From Selaginella moellendorffii (lineage: Eukaryota > Plantae > Lycopodiophyta): DNA of 64,000 bases. The notes below the pieces were generated by a model. That model saw only the letters and a list, made by a program, of their open reading frames with translations. It was not told the origin of the DNA and did no database searches. The translations under genes and the position numbers were made by a program. The stretch spans positions 248,001 to 312,000 of the forward strand of contig NW_003314369.1 of assembly GCF_000143415.4 (NCBI RefSeq), read 5' to 3'. Within the stretch, counting starts at the first letter, position 1. Each line of letters starts with the position of its first letter. Positions 47,219 to 61,699 of the stretch are shown here, in pieces.

Positions 47219-50200
47219 GGATTTAACGTGATTTTCAGGATGGATTGGTTCAATCAATTTATAGTATCTTTACATGGACAAGATAGAAACTTTATGGTAT
47301 TGGCAAATGCCTGAGGAGAACGATCCAAAGTGGAGGCCCAGAATCTAAAAGTATAGCAATGTAAGGCTAAAGACTCTTGTTTGAACAAACTCACTAAAAG
47401 AACCAAGGCAATATTTTTGTGTTTACTCTCAATGGGAAGTGACAAAAAGATAGAAATAGAGGAAATACCTTTAGTGATATAGTAGGTGTTAAACCAATTT
47501 TGAGATACTATGCCGGAGGAGTTACTAGTAGAGCTATCCCCCACGTGACCAATAGAACATAAGATCAAGTTAGCCAAGGGTGCTAATGCAATGGTTTATC
47601 CCCCATATTAGTTGAATGAAAAGGAACTTGAGGAGCTCTAGAGAAGTTAATGGATAAAGGGTATATTAGGTTGAGGAAATTGCCATATAAAGCGTCGGTG
47701 TTATTTGTGAAAAAGAAAAATGGCTTTATAAATTATTGGTTGCTTAATAAATATACAAAGAAGAACAAGTACCCTTTATCAAGGATTAAGGACTTGTTCG
47801 ATAGGTTAGGAAAGACAAAATACTTCTCAAGAATTAACCTAACGTTAAAATACTACTAAATTAGGGTAGCAGAGGAAGATGTCAAAAAGACAAATTATTA
47901 GATAAGGTATGAAAGCTTTGAATTTTTAGTGATGCCTTTAGGCTATGCAATGCACCAGCAATGTTCTCGGCACTAATGAACTACATCTTTGTGCCATATC
48001 TGGTCATTTTGTGGTTGTCTACATTAATGACATCCTGATCTATAGCAAAACGCTAAAGGAGCATGCCAAACACTTAACGAATGTGTTTAAAAAACTAAGG
48101 GAACACAAGTTATATGCTAAAGAGGGCAAATGTGACTTTACTCAATAAGAGGTAAAGTTTCTCGGGCATATGCTAGGCAAGGACGAGTTCAAGGTGGACT
48201 CTGAAAAGGTCCAAGCAATTTAGAAATGAGAACGACCATTGAATGTATACGAGTTAAGGGCATTCTTGGGGCTATACAATTACTATCAAAAGTTTATTAA
48301 ACACTATTCGAAAGTAATTTTTCTTTTAACAGATCAAATGTTAAAAAAGAAGATGGTATAGATAGCAAAATGCGAGGTGACATTTGTCCACCTCAAAGGG
48401 AAATTGAAAAAGACTTCCATGTTAACATTACTAAACTTTGGTAAAGACTTTGAGATAGAAACGAATGCTTTAGACTTTGCATTGGGTGTAGTTTTGAAAT
48501 AAGATAACCACCCAGTGGTATTCTTCTTGAAGAAGTTAAACAAAGCTTATTAAAAGTGGTTTGCTCATGAAAAGGAACTGTATACGGTGGTTAAAGCACT
48601 CAAGGAGTGGTGATATTACCTTAGGAGGCACTTCAAAGTTTACACGGATAATGTGGCAACAAAACACCCCTTCCCACAACCCAGCTTGCGAGGAAAATAA
48701 AGTCGATGGGCCAATGCTTTGGCTGAGTTTGATTACAAGATTTTGTATAAATCTGGGAAGAACAACATCATAGCAAATGCTCTAAGTCAGAAAACAAGCT
48801 TGAAGTTAGCGATATCCAATGCAATAACAACCTTTTGAGATGATGTGCGGACAACATATGAAAATGATGGTTTACAAAATAAAGTGTTGCTAAAGAACCA
48901 AGAGGCATAGGATGCTCACCAAGAGGCAAGCTGCATACGAAAGAGAAAACAAGTTATGTGGAACGCAATAGATTTATCTATTATAAATAGATAAAAATAT
49001 ATATTCCACAAGGGGAACTAAAGAAGGTAACCTTAGAAAAGTGTCATAACAAACCTTTTGCAAGAAACAGCAGAGCGCCCAAGATGATGGGTTTACTCAA
49101 AATAAAGTATTACTAGCCAAATATGGCTAAGGATGTCCAGGATTATGTAAAGACATGTCTAACATACCAGTAGGTCAAAGTTATGACTAAGGTTAGTAGG
49201 AGCTTAATTTTGGACCATCTATGGAAATGTTTTATGATGGACTTCATCACGGGACTCCCCTAAGTTAGGGGTTTGATGCAATATTTGTGGTGGTGGACCG
49301 ATTTTCAAAGATGGCACATTTCATACTCACCATAACAGAAGTGGATGTGAAAGGTATGGCAAACCTATTCTTTGAATAAGTAGTTCGAGTGTGGGGAAGG
49401 CCAAAAGAAATTATCTCAGATCGAAATAAGATCTTCACTAGTAGATTCTAGAAAACTCTCTTAAAACAGTATTGCACAAAGTTGAAATTCAACATACACT
49501 TGTAAGCGACTAAATTTTCCATTCTACTTTAGTCACTTAACCACACCTCCGACCACTTAGAGAAGTCTCAATCACAACCTCCATAAGTCCATTTCAGGAC
49601 TTGGGACTTGCTAGCCTCGAGAATGGCATCCATGCCACTCAACATTTGCACTTGGTCCAAGTGCTCCACGTGTCCGATCCCATGATCGACACTCAAAAGT
49701 ACTACCGACATGGCAGCCTGTTACGCTAAGGCCATGCCCAATCACCTTTGCCACACTGGTAGTCCAATACCACTTGTATCACAGTCTTGGGTCTTCAAGA
49801 CTAGGCAAACCATCCATGAGTGGTCATCTCGGATCCACTCCTTAGCATCCTTAGGATGCCCACCGACATGGGGAATAGCCTTCCCCAATATCCCTCTGTC
49901 AATCCCCACTAAGTCCCTTTCTGCCCCTGGCCGTGTTTGCCAACACTGCCACTGGATCGAGGCCCACAGGCCCGACCACTAAGTCCCACGGTCCTCTGGG
50001 ACTTCCTCACCACACGACTGTGTCCTTGGTCACTACCCCAGAGGACTACTCCTCTTCCTTTCCACAGTCTGGGCCTTTGGGACAACATTTCGGAACACCG
50101 TGGCCTTACGCGAGCCACCTGGGTACTCTCCCCGCCTTCCGCCCTTGGGTGCTCTAGCCATGGGCTTAGAGCGAGGTTCCGTTGAGCCACGCCTGGTATC

Positions 50201-50509
50201 CAAGTAGGTAGTGCCACCCACACTTGGACTGGGAGCATCGGCCAGTCGATCTCCCAGGGGAACTAGAGTTGGCTCTTGAACACTTCACCAAGCTACCCCG
50301 CTTGTCGGTTCGTGTTCACTCTAGTCTTGGACTTCCCAGTGGTCAGCTCATCACCCAACACTGGGTCTGGCCTTTCCTGGCCAAACTGGCTCCACTGGGC
50401 TCCAACCCCCACACTCTCCCTACTATACTTTTGGAACCCCCCGCAGCCCCCCCCCCCCCTGGGGGACGATCACTTTGGGCTTTCACCCAACTGCCTGTAT
50501 TAGTATTCA

Positions 50510-51040
50510 GACTCGGACTCGGGCTCAAACTCGGACTCGGACTCGGTCTCGGTCCCGGTTTTGGACTCGGTCTCGGTTCCATCTCGGACTCCATCTCGGA
50601 CTTCATCTCGGGTCCATCTCGGACTCCATCTCGGACTCCATCTCGGGTCCATCTCGGACTCCATCTCGGACTCCATCTCGGGTCCATCTCGGACTCCATC
50701 TCGGACTCCATCTCGGGTCCATCTCGGACTCCATCTCGGACTCCATCTCGGGTCCATCTCGGACTCCATCTCGGACTCCATCTCGGACTCCATCTCGGGT
50801 CCATCTCGGACTCCATCTCGGACTCCACTTCGGGTCCATCTCGGACTCCATCTCGGACTCCATATCGGACTCCACTTCGGGTCCATCTCAGACTCCATAT
50901 CGGACTCCACTTCGGGTCCATCTCGACCTCCACTTCGGACTCCACTTCAGACTCTATATCGGACTCCATATTGGACTCCACTTCAGGTCCATCTCGGACT
51001 CCACTTCGGGTCCATCTCGGACTCCAACTCGGGTCCGCCT
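50510..51040 (+). repeat. 12/11-bp minisatellite (ccatctcggact / ccatctcgggt) in the LTR
   Basis: Tandem array seen directly. Confidence 0.95.
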
Positions 51041-53821
51041 CGTGCTTGCTCCTCGAGCACTTTGTTGGGAGTTCCACTCCCGCTCTCGACCTTCCAAGTC
51101 GGAGCTTTTAGTCCAAACGTGTTATGCTCGTTTGGCTTTTGCTTCGGCCACTACCACGTGTCACCCTTTCTGGCTCCACTTTGGGGCCTAGGGATTTTGT
51201 GTCTCACAACTCCACCACCCATAGACGAAGTTTGATGTCCTCATCGAACGATAAACTATTTTATAAAGTAACACCCGCATGTGTTACCATTTCCATCCTT
51301 GGCACCTAGCCAATATTTGTCAATAGTTTGACATTGAAGGCTCACCATGCCTTCTCCATATTCGTCAATAGTTTGACACCAAAGGTTCACTATGCCTTGC
51401 CCATCCTCTAAGGAGCATAGTCTTTCCAACATAGAGATTTATTCGACCACCTAGGGTGGTTTGCTCCCTTTTATTGGTTTAGTTCTCACTAAACCTGTTA
51501 GAGACATCTTCTCTAACTCAATTCCCACTACCCATTCTCGAGTGGTCTCAGTTCCCATTGATATAACCTTTGCACTTTGGAACTTTGAATTTTGACTTCT
51601 TGGAATCAATTTCCTAGGTGTCTTCGACACCTTGCCTTGCACCTTTTGTGCAACTCCACTTCCCCTCCTAGGAAGTTTTCTACTCGAGGGCCCCATCATC
51701 CTCTCTTCTATTTCGTGCCACCCTGGGGCACTAAGTTCCAGTTATTATACTTTTTGCTAGGGCTGTTCATGGCCCTATCATTTGGCTACCTTACTGCTCC
51801 CTCCCTTGGAGCTTCCCCTTTTGCCAAATCGGAGCAATTCAGAATCCATCCTTGGAAACACACTTCCTTTCCCGCAATTTGTTAGCGTCCAACACATTAG
51901 TGTTCCTCACCTAACTTTGCCACTTAGATTCCTTCCAAGGGATTCCACGGCCCTATTTGGCCACTCATCTTTTGCTCCTATCCATTGATTGTTGCACCAA
52001 GCAACACCGAATCTCTACCTCCCTCCTTGAGGTATTCTTTTGATTCCATAGCAAAGGCTCTACTTTGCCAAAACTCTGGTGTTCACCCCTAGTAAGTCTC
52101 TTTAGCATCTTCTACTGTGAGCTCTATCCATGGCCCAACTTTGTGACCCTCCCATGGGTCTCTTTAGAGACTACTTTCCTTGGACACACTATGCCATCGC
52201 AATGACATAACTCATTTCCCTAAGGTGTTTTTCCCACTTGGTCACCTTGACCAAGCCATACCATCATCAATAGTTTAAATCAACACTTTGAACTAAGAAC
52301 CTTATTCCTTAGCCCAAACAAGGACCTTATCCTTATTTAGCCACAAGATCCCCTAGTGATCTCACCTCGGCACCTTAACAGGTTTGCCAATAGGTACTAG
52401 GTCTTCCAGACCTTTAACTTGTTAACTACGACCCCGGGGGCATCCCCCACACTTGGCGGTGCGCCCAAGCTAGCCCTTCCAGCCAAGGGTCCATAGCAAC
52501 TGAGACTAGGTGTCCCCATCTCATTCACCACGTCATTGGTGCCACTTGCACCAAAGTGTTCAAGTTAGATATGCTGAGCCACACTAAGCAATCTAACCGT
52601 GCATCACGACTCCGAGGCATCCCTCGCTTGGCGGTGTGCCCAAGCCAGTCTCCACACTGAGAGTCCATGACCACCAAAAAATGAGTGTCCTCATATTCCA
52701 AACCATCACCACGCCCTAGTGAGTTGGGACTCGAACCCAAGCACTAGAGGGTCGGGACTCGAACTTAACCTCCGTATATGCATCTACGGACGGCATCACC
52801 CAGGATGCCTAGCGTGACTCCCCACGCCGGTGCACCAACTTATACTCAAAGCGCGCTATAGATCACAGCTTAGGAACCTAGTTCCTCCCCACTGCCAAGT
52901 CTTCTCACTTGACAAGCCTGTGATCATGCATGGACTCCTCCATACTTGGCCCCATGGCCCACCCTTTTTGAAGTTATCACCTTTAACTAGGGTATTTGTT
53001 CCCTTGACTTGCCAATCTCGCTTTGGCAAGTCCTCCGACCACTGTAACACGGTTCCTGCACAAGCGTGAAAGCCCTTGATCATCGACTTTTGTTCAAAGC
53101 CCTCTTTTTGAACACTCGGGAATTACTTCCCTAACCTTGATAGCCTTGCCTCATGGCAAGCTTCAAGACCACACTTCTGCTGCGCCACTCTAATTTCGCG
53201 CGTCCCTTGAACCATTTACACTTGGCCTTTCTAGGTACTAAGCTACCTAGAATCGTCTTTGGGAACCTTGAAGGAACTCTGTCCCTTAGCTTGCTAAGGC
53301 CTCCCTTTTTGCAAGTTTTCCAATTGCCACATAGTCTAACATGGACAATTCCATATTTTAGACTCTCCATGGCATCACGGTTGCTAGCGGCAACACCCTC
53401 GAGCCCCCACTTGATTCTCCACTCCCAGCTGGTATAACCAACCTTGGTTATGCCCTTCGATTTCTATGGCTCGGTTCTATCCTTTTACTTCTTGCTTTTG
53501 GCTTCACACCTTTCCTTCGGTCATTCTCCTCCAGACCAGGAGGATAGCTTTGCACTTTTTATCATGCCTTAGCAAGTATTCTTAGGGATGAACCTACCCA
53601 ATAGCCCAGGGAGTGGTTCCTCAATCCGGGTATGCTCACCTTATAATCCCACACACTGGGATTACATTGTTGCTTATGGGCCTTTACATGCCCATCACTA
53701 ACCTTGCCAAAATTCCATTTTTGGCTTTGTCCAACTCGGGTAGACAGTCTTCTCTTGGACATTTGGATTGCACCTTCTATCCATCATTCGCTAGGGACTT
53801 AGTCCCTTGGGCTGTAAGCTC

Positions 53822-54407
53822 CTGAGTTTGGACTTCCCGGGAGGTCACCCAGCCCAGTACTATTCAAACCCAAGGACACTTAACTCCAATTATCCCAAGA
53901 CCCTTAACCGATTGGAAAAGGGGGTGCACTCTTGTTTATGGGCCCTTTCCCTCTATATTTGAACCCCTATGGATCGTCTCTCGAGTCGTTCCCTCTGGTT
54001 GCTTACAATCCACCACGCTTCCCTGCAAGTTCACGCCCTCGTGAACGGAAGCTGAGAGCCGCAGCTCTCCCAAGAGCCCCGCTCTCTTGACACCCTACCC
54101 CTCGGGTCGAGCCCAGCGGGAGCAAACTGGACCAGCCAGATGTCAATCAACATGTGGTGCGATTCCCCTAGCCAACCAACAGAGTCGGACCCGAGACCCC
54201 TTTGATACCAAATGTAAGCTCTTGAGTTTGGACTTCCCGGGAGGTCACCCAGCCCAGTACTATTCAAACCCAAGGACACTTAACTCCAATTATCCCAAGA
54301 CCCTTAACCGATTGGAAAAGGGGGTGCACTCTTGTTCATGGGCCCTTTCCCTCTATATTTGAACCCCTATGGATCGTCTCTCGAGTCATTCCTTTTGGTT
54401 GCTTACA
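53822..54407 (+). repeat. ~185-bp direct duplication, 400 bp apart, inside the LARD
   Basis: tgagtttggacttcccgggagg...ggttgcttaca at 53823 and 54223. Confidence 0.85.
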
Positions 54408-56914
54408 TGGGCCTTATTTATTACCCTCTCGACATCAAACACCACCTCCTAGTGTTCTAGAGTGTTTGGGTGTCCCAATGATGGCTTCCTTGACAATGAG
54501 TATTTCCTTTTATGACATTGACTTACTATATCGCAACATAAGCAACTTATCCCCCGTAAGGGTACGTCCAATTTCCCTATGCCATTAAGGAGGCTTGGGT
54601 AGCTACCTTCTACTCGTTTAACCAATTATTTTGCATCTCTTGCTTAGTTGCCTCATAGTTGTCAAGTCCTACAACTCATTGCTGGTGCTTCCACACCTCC
54701 ATCATTATCTGGGTCACCACACTCTAACTGCGTGCTCTGCCGCTTAGGCTATGCCATTCCCATTTCCATTGGGATTCCTTTGGCAAGGGGTTCTCATGAA
54801 CCCACCAACATAGCCTCAAGGTATCACACCTTGGCATATTTGGTGTCTTCACACCATCAGCTTCACGAGCTTACCTCTATGACACTTCTTCTTTGTGTCT
54901 AAGTCTTTTGCCAAGACTAATATCGCTCTTTCTCATGCCAACCATCTGTTAGCACTACACCATAGAGGTCACACACAATTTTGTGTTAAAGTTGTTTTCT
55001 TTTTGGGAACACCTTTCCCACGACTTTAGCATGGCACATTTTGCCATCGATGAGATACCCTCTGTTCTCATCCTTGGATCCTATGATCCCCCCCCTATCC
55101 TTTGTGGGGTACAACACACCTTAGTCCAAATGCTTTCATTAGTCCTTTTAGGACCATTTCTTGACTCTACTTAAGTCATCCAGCAGTTTTGGACTTGGTT
55201 AATCCACAAACCCGTAAGGTCCCACTTGTGAGGCATTAGCTCACTGGAATACACTTCTTGCATTCCTGTCCTACTCAGAAGGACTATTTTCACAAGTGTT
55301 ACGCTGACACTTGTTTTTGTTCTCTAGGGCAACCTTTGCCCCTTAGGACTACTTGTCCATGTGATGAGAATACCAACTCATCTCTAAGTACACCCCCCAA
55401 CTCCTTGGGTTGTTCCAGCATTTATTAAAGGTAGCCCTGACTACCATTTCAAGGACTTGAGTCTTCTTCCGTATTTGACCTCCCACGGTCATTACTTCTG
55501 GTCTTACATTCATGAGCACCAACCTCAACTATATGAGGATAATTTTGTGACTCCCTTATTGCTTTGGAGTCTTTATCTTTCCTGTGATCCCAACTTTAGT
55601 TGTTTACCACAACTACATTGGCCATTTACTGAGTCAAACACTCATCTGGATCACATCCTCAAGTCTCTGAGGAAAACTGTATACTGTTCCCAAGATCCCA
55701 AAGTCGTTCCCTTACCGGCCCCTTTTCTATCCACCACATCGCGCCTAAGTCACGCATGAACTTGGGTGGAGAGCCATGTCCTCTCGGCATGCTACTCCTC
55801 AAGGATAAGCCCACTCCTAGGACCTTCCAATGCCAATATCAATGGTGATATACTTGAGCACCAATAAAAGTCGGATTAAGGAACAGCTCCGATACCAAAT
55901 TGTAAGCGACTAAATTTTCCATTCTACTTTAGTCACTTAACCACACCTCCAACCACTTAGAGAAGTCTCAATCACAACCTCCATAAGTCCATTTCAGGAC
56001 TTGGGACTTGCTAGCTTCGAGAATGGCATCCATGCCACTCAACATTTGCACTTGGTCCAAGTGCTCCACGTGTCCGATCCCATGACTGACACTCAAAAGT
56101 ACCACCGACATGGCAGCCTGTTACGCTAAAGCCATGCCCAATCACCTTTGCCACACTGATAGTCCAATACCACTTGTATCACAGTCTTGGGTCTCCAAGA
56201 CTAGGCAAACCATCCATGAGTGGTCATCTCGGATCCACTCCTTAGCATCCTTAGGATGCCCACTGACATGGGGAATAGCCTTCCCCAATATCCCTCTGTC
56301 AGTCCCCACTAAGTCCCTTTTTGCCCCTGGCCGTGTTTGCCAACACTGCCACTGAATCGAGGCCCACAAGCCCGACCACTAAGTCCCACGGTCCTCTGGG
56401 ACTTCCTCACCACACAACTGTGTCCTTGGTCACTACCCCAGAGGACTACTCCTCTTTCTTTCCACAGTCTGGGCCTTTGGGACAACATTTCGGAACACCG
56501 TGGCCTTATGCGAGCCACCTGGGTACTCTCCCCGCCTTCCGCCCTTGGGTGCTCTAGCCATGGGCTTAGAGCGAGGTTCCGTTGAGCCACGCCTGGTATC
56601 CAAGTAGGTAGTGCCACCCACACTTGGACTGGGAGCATCAGCCAGTCGATCTCCCAGGGGAACTAGAGTCGGCTCTTGTACACTTCACCAAGCTACCCTA
56701 CTTGTCAGTTCGTGTTCACTCTAGTCTTGGACTTCCCAGTGGTCAGCTCATCACCCAACACTGGGTCTAGCCTTCCTGGGCCAAACTAGCCTTTCCTGGC
56801 CAAACTGGCTCCACTAGGCTCTAACCCCCACACTCTCCCTACTATACTTTTGGAACCCCCCCCCTCCCTGGGGGACGATCGCTTTGGGCTTTCACCCAAT
56901 TGCCTGTATTAGTA

Positions 56915-57475
56915 TTCGGACTCGGACTCGGGCTCGAACTCGGACTCGGACTCGGTCTCGGTCCCGGTTTTGGACTCAGACTCGGTCTCAGTCTCGGTCT
57001 CGGCCTCGGTCTCGGTTCCATCTCGGACTCCATCTCGGACTTCATCTCGGGTCCATCTCGGACTCCATCTCGGACTCCATCTCGGACTCCATCTCGGGTC
57101 CATCTCGGACTCCATCTCGGACTCCATCTCGGGTCCATCTCGGACTCCATCTCGGACTCCATCTCGGGTCCATCTCGGACTCCATCTCGGGTCCATCTTG
57201 GACTCCATCTCGGACTCCATCTCGGGTCCATCTCGGACTCCATCTCGGACTCCATCTCGGGTCCATCTTGGACTCCATCTCGGACTCCACTTCGGGTCCA
57301 TCTCGGACTCCATCTCGGACTCCATATCAGACTCCACTTCGGGTCCATCTCGGACTCCATCTCGGACTCCACTTCGGGTCCATCTCGGACTCCACTTTGG
57401 ACTCCACTTCGGACTCCATATCGGACTCCATATCGGACTCCACTTCAGGTCCATCTCGGACTCCAACTCAGGTCC
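56915..57475 (+). repeat. Same minisatellite in the second LTR
   Basis: Tandem array with a different unit order. Confidence 0.95.
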
Positions 57476-60331
57476 GCCTCGTGCTTGCTCCTCGAGCACT
57501 TTGTTGGGAGTTCCACTCCCGCTCTCGACCTTCCAAGTCGGAGCTTTTAGTCCAAACGTGTTATGCTCGTTTGGCTTTTGCTTCGGCCACTACCACGTGG
57601 CACCCTTTCCGGCTCCACTTTGGGGCCTAGGGATTTTGTGTCTCACAACGCTATCACCCACAGACAGATATTGGGTATTGAGTCAAATTTGATGACAATG
57701 ACACTTCTTGACAAATGGACAAACAAAGAGGGTGGGTAGGCAGGTGAAGGATTATTTATGATGTTATGTCTCTAGAGACTAAATTGATTGGGTAAATCAT
57801 TTGGGACTTGCAAAAATATGCTATAACAACTCATCACATTCAAGTATTAGAGTGAGTCCATAGGAAGTTATCAATGAGTGAGTTATTGAAGGGTTGTGGA
57901 ACTCGGCATAGCTAAGTATTATGGAAAATTACCCACAGTAAAGGCGTTCACAGTGGAAAGACTCAACATTTGGAATCTAGTGGGGGATTCCTTGGAATGG
58001 TCTTAACAAAGGCAAACCAAATATGCAAATCATAAGTGCTGAGACGTAGAATTCCAACCTAAGGAGAAGATGTGGTAGAACACCAAAAACTTAAGGTTAT
58101 TTAATGGGATCAGTCGGAAGTTGACCCATCAATATAGAAACTAAAGGAGAACCTAATGAATGCATGAGATCTAGTGGAAGAATTTTTGCAAGGTACAACT
58201 CTATATACTTATACAAAGTTCAATTGAAGTATTCATTTATAAAATTGAGCAATGTCATATGTTGGAACCTAAAAGTGCACCAAAGGTAAGCTAATTAGTA
58301 TAAGTTAGCTATGTTGATCAAGTATAGAGAGTTATACCCAACTCCCCATGAGGATGTTAAATCCATAGACATTTTACAAAGGTTGAATTCAAGTCCCAAC
58401 CCTCTAGTAAAGCAAGGTTGGGTTCAAATCCCAACACTATACTAAGGTAGTGAGGTGAGGGGTATAGAAACACCTATATCCCGTTATCATGGGCTCTTAG
58501 CTGAGGAGGCTGACTTAAGCACACCACTAAGTGGGGAGATGCCCTTGGAGACATAGTCAACAAGTTATAAGATTAAAAAGAGATGTTTGATGTGGGCATT
58601 GAATTTCTTCTATGGGTGGTGGAATTATAAAGATCTAACTCTCCTAGGTGTCATAGGCTAAATGATCCATGAAACCACGACTAGAATGATAAAGAGTTTA
58701 TTAGATGAGACCGAGTTTGAGATAGAGTCTGAGACCAATTCTGAGATCGAGTTCAAGACTGAGTGCAAGATCAAGTCCAAGACTGACTCCGAGACTGAGT
58801 TCAAGACTGAGTCCAAGACCGAGTTCAAGACCAAGTTCGAGTATGAGATCAGCCTGAGATCTGATGTGACAAGGGTGAATAGATATAGCTTCAGTGTAAC
58901 AGGCTGATATGTTAGTGGTACCTTTGGGTGTTAGTCATGGGATCAGACACATAGAGCATTTAGACCAAGTGCAAAAGCTAAGTGGCTTAAATGCTATTCA
59001 CAGGGCTAGCAAGTCCCTAAGTTTGAAACAAGACTTATAGAGGTTGTGAGTGAGACTCCTCCAAATGGTTGGAAGTGTGGTAAAGTAACTAAAGTAGAAT
59101 GGAAAATTTAGTCATTTATATCTTCTTATGCTTATTATGAAGTGAGTTATATCTTAGTATAAAAAATGGATTTATGAAGAATCAATTTAATGATCACTTG
59201 TTGTGCATATTTTCATTATCTTTAGCTTTTGCATTGATATAAATTAACTTCTGCATTATGAAATTTTAATTTATGGATGTGTTAAGGAGAATATTGTGGG
59301 TTGTACCATAATTTTCTTATTTGGCATTGAAATTGGTTCATACAAGACTTATTATCATTGTTATGCGAGACTTAGCTATAGATTTTGAAATTTTTAGTTC
59401 TTTGAGTTTTCATACTCATTATTTCATTTATTAGGAGTTGTCAGGAAAAACATTTTAACTCATTAGTTCCAATATTGGAGATGCAGCCTATAAATACAAG
59501 GGCAATTAAGCAAGCTACAACTTGTTTAGTTACCCTATCAAGGTCCAGGAGTTTGTGCAAGTGGAAGTGGAAGGGCTCATCTGCTTCAACTACTTCACCT
59601 TACTCAACAAGAAACATATCACTCAAAAGCATTTGCTCTTTTACTTTCTATGCTGCGAGGAAATTATACCCCCATGCTGATGCTGGGGCCAGATGGTAAG
59701 TAAGAGGTGGATGCAAGCTGTGCCAATTCAGATCTGAAACAAATTTATGCAATGAAGCCTCGGGTATGGTCTCTTTTTCCCATACCAGCCTTTGTGATCT
59801 TATTATAAGTGGACGCTGCCATCTGTTGGAGTGAGTGCTAGCCAAGATGAAGATGATGATGATAATATCCCACTCTTGATGAGGAGGAGGAGGAGCTGTC
59901 ATGGGTGAGCCAAAGAATCAATGATGGATTTACAAGAACAACTTCATGGCATCAACTGCATTAAATACAATGAAAAATCAACTTAGACAATGCCAATAAT
60001 AGTAAATAAAGACCATGATGATGGAGAAATGAATATTAAGTGGAACAAAAGATGAATTCACTAAAAGAAATAATTGGGAAGGTTATAGTGCCCCAACATT
60101 AAGAACTTCCTCTTGCACAAAACTTTAAAAAGTTCAGCTCATCAAATAACACTCTCTCTCTTGAGAAAGGAGTATGATGTAAAATGAGCACCTGACCATT
60201 ATTTGTCACTTCCAAGTTCCATGGCATCTGACATTCCCTCCTCCAAAATGCATGTAGATGCCAAAGGGATTCCTTAAAGCTCTGATCCTTTGTGTTGGTG
60301 CTGGTCATTTGTAGCTAGGCAAGGGATCCAT

Positions 60332-60445
60332 TGTAAAAGTAGTGGAGAAATACAAACATGAACTCTTTGTATTCAATTATATATAGATGGTATATATACA
60401 AGGAAACTACTGCCACTTGGGCACACATCATCTCTACCTCTAACA
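60332..60445 (-). mobile_element. Possible short LTR remnant related to the 33.6-kb TRIM
   Basis: TG...CA with tatatata-x-tatatataca and cacatcatc blocks; weak. Confidence 0.35.
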
Positions 60446-61699
60446 CTCAAGCTTAAATTTAAGCTTGAATTGTGCTTACTTAGTCTAAGATGTTGAGCAT
60501 GAAGAGCTGATGAGAAAAATATATGAAAAATTCATCAATTAAATACCCAAAACTTAGTTCTTGGTCTTGGCCTTGTTTGCTCACACTCTTGCTCCTTGTT
60601 AAGGCTTCAATCTTGCCACTAGCATGTGGTCATGGTTTTCTGATACTACCAGGTATTTAAATCTCCATAAACATCTTTCCCAGTTGCTGGAAATTCCTAT
60701 AAAGAATTATTATACAATATTTTTGAATTTTGACCCAATTCTTGATATAACTTGTTGTTCAACAGCTCTAAAGCATCTAGTGCATCTAACAAAAACTTTA
60801 AGTATTGCAAAAAGGGATTGCAATCAAAGAGCTCATCCTCTTCCTCATCACTAGCCTCCTTGCTAACAAGTGCTATGCCCAAGATCAAAGAGCTAATTGC
60901 TCTAATACCATGAAAGCAATGGAGAAATGCATACATGAGGAGGAAGAACTCTATATTTAACTGCATATAAATGAAAAATATACATGGAAACTACACACAG
61001 CCATAGCAATGGATTTTGGAGTGGAGCCAACACACCAACACTAGTGGCTACTTGGAAGAAGCCCAAGAGGTATTGCAATCCCCAATGTTTTGGACGTGCT
61101 TCCAATATTTACTCTTAGGTAATTGGATGATTTAATCGATTGTAGTGGAGATCATGGTGGACATCAACAGTCTCTTGGCTATCACTAGTGCTGGCATTGG
61201 ATCATTGTCAAGGCAGGTGGAGAATTTGCAGCTCCAATACTAGAATTCATAGGGGGCAATTGCACTTTATTTGGCACCTTAAAACCCCTATTCTGCCAAT
61301 TCTAGGGTCGACTAGCGAGACCAGTCAAGGAGTTCTGCAGATCCAGCAGCTGGTTCTAGTTTAGTTCCTGACACAATAGTTATGAGAGAAATCTCTGTTG
61401 TAGAGAGGGATGAGATGCTGCTCCAAGATAGAAGAGGCAGCGTGGCTCACCATATCTCCACAGGAATCACTTATAGTTGATCAAAGTATGAAGATCACTG
61501 GCGGCTAAAAGTCTGATACCATGATAGAGAAGTCGAGATGCTCATCAAGAGTGCAATAGGTCATGGCCCTGGAGCTGACGCAGCATGAGCCTGGACTCTG
61601 AGTGCGACTACAAATGATGTTGTCATCATGTGCTTCATACTCTAATTCTCTGCTTCTCGGGACCATGATGCTACGTCCAGGGTGACAATCACGTTTGCA

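Larger units (their letters stand above)
49501..57647 (-). mobile_element. Younger non-autonomous (LARD-like) LTR element inserted in the host integrase
   Basis: LTRs at 49501-51208 and 55901-57647 (TG..CA), PBS TGGTATCGGAGC, PPT GGGTGGTGGAGT, TSD acact/acgct. Removing it restores integrase FNIHYHPQTD. No long internal ORF. Confidence 0.92.
37354..59120 (+). mobile_element. Old Ty3/Gypsy LTR retrotransposon, host of several nested insertions
   Basis: 5' LTR 37354-39272 with degenerate iMet PBS at 39276-39287. Gag ~39330-41190, CCHC knuckle ~47005-47045, RT/RNaseH/integrase remnants 47220-49500 and 57648-58300. PPT at 58614-58625 and internally deleted 3' LTR 58626-59120 sharing the start gatctaactctc. 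No TSD found. Confidence 0.8.

Noticed and set aside
50510-51040. CRISPR-like periodicity
   Set aside because: Contiguous 11-12-bp units with no unique spacers, eukaryotic context, no cas genes
50224-51235. Long ORFs in many frames (also 56842-57692 and 37363-37793)
   Set aside because: Stop-free translations of LTR minisatellites
59130-61300. Possible gene or TE remnants, including the palindrome caagcttaaatttaagcttg near 60448
   Set aside because: Too degraded to call; an isolated short palindrome is not diagnostic
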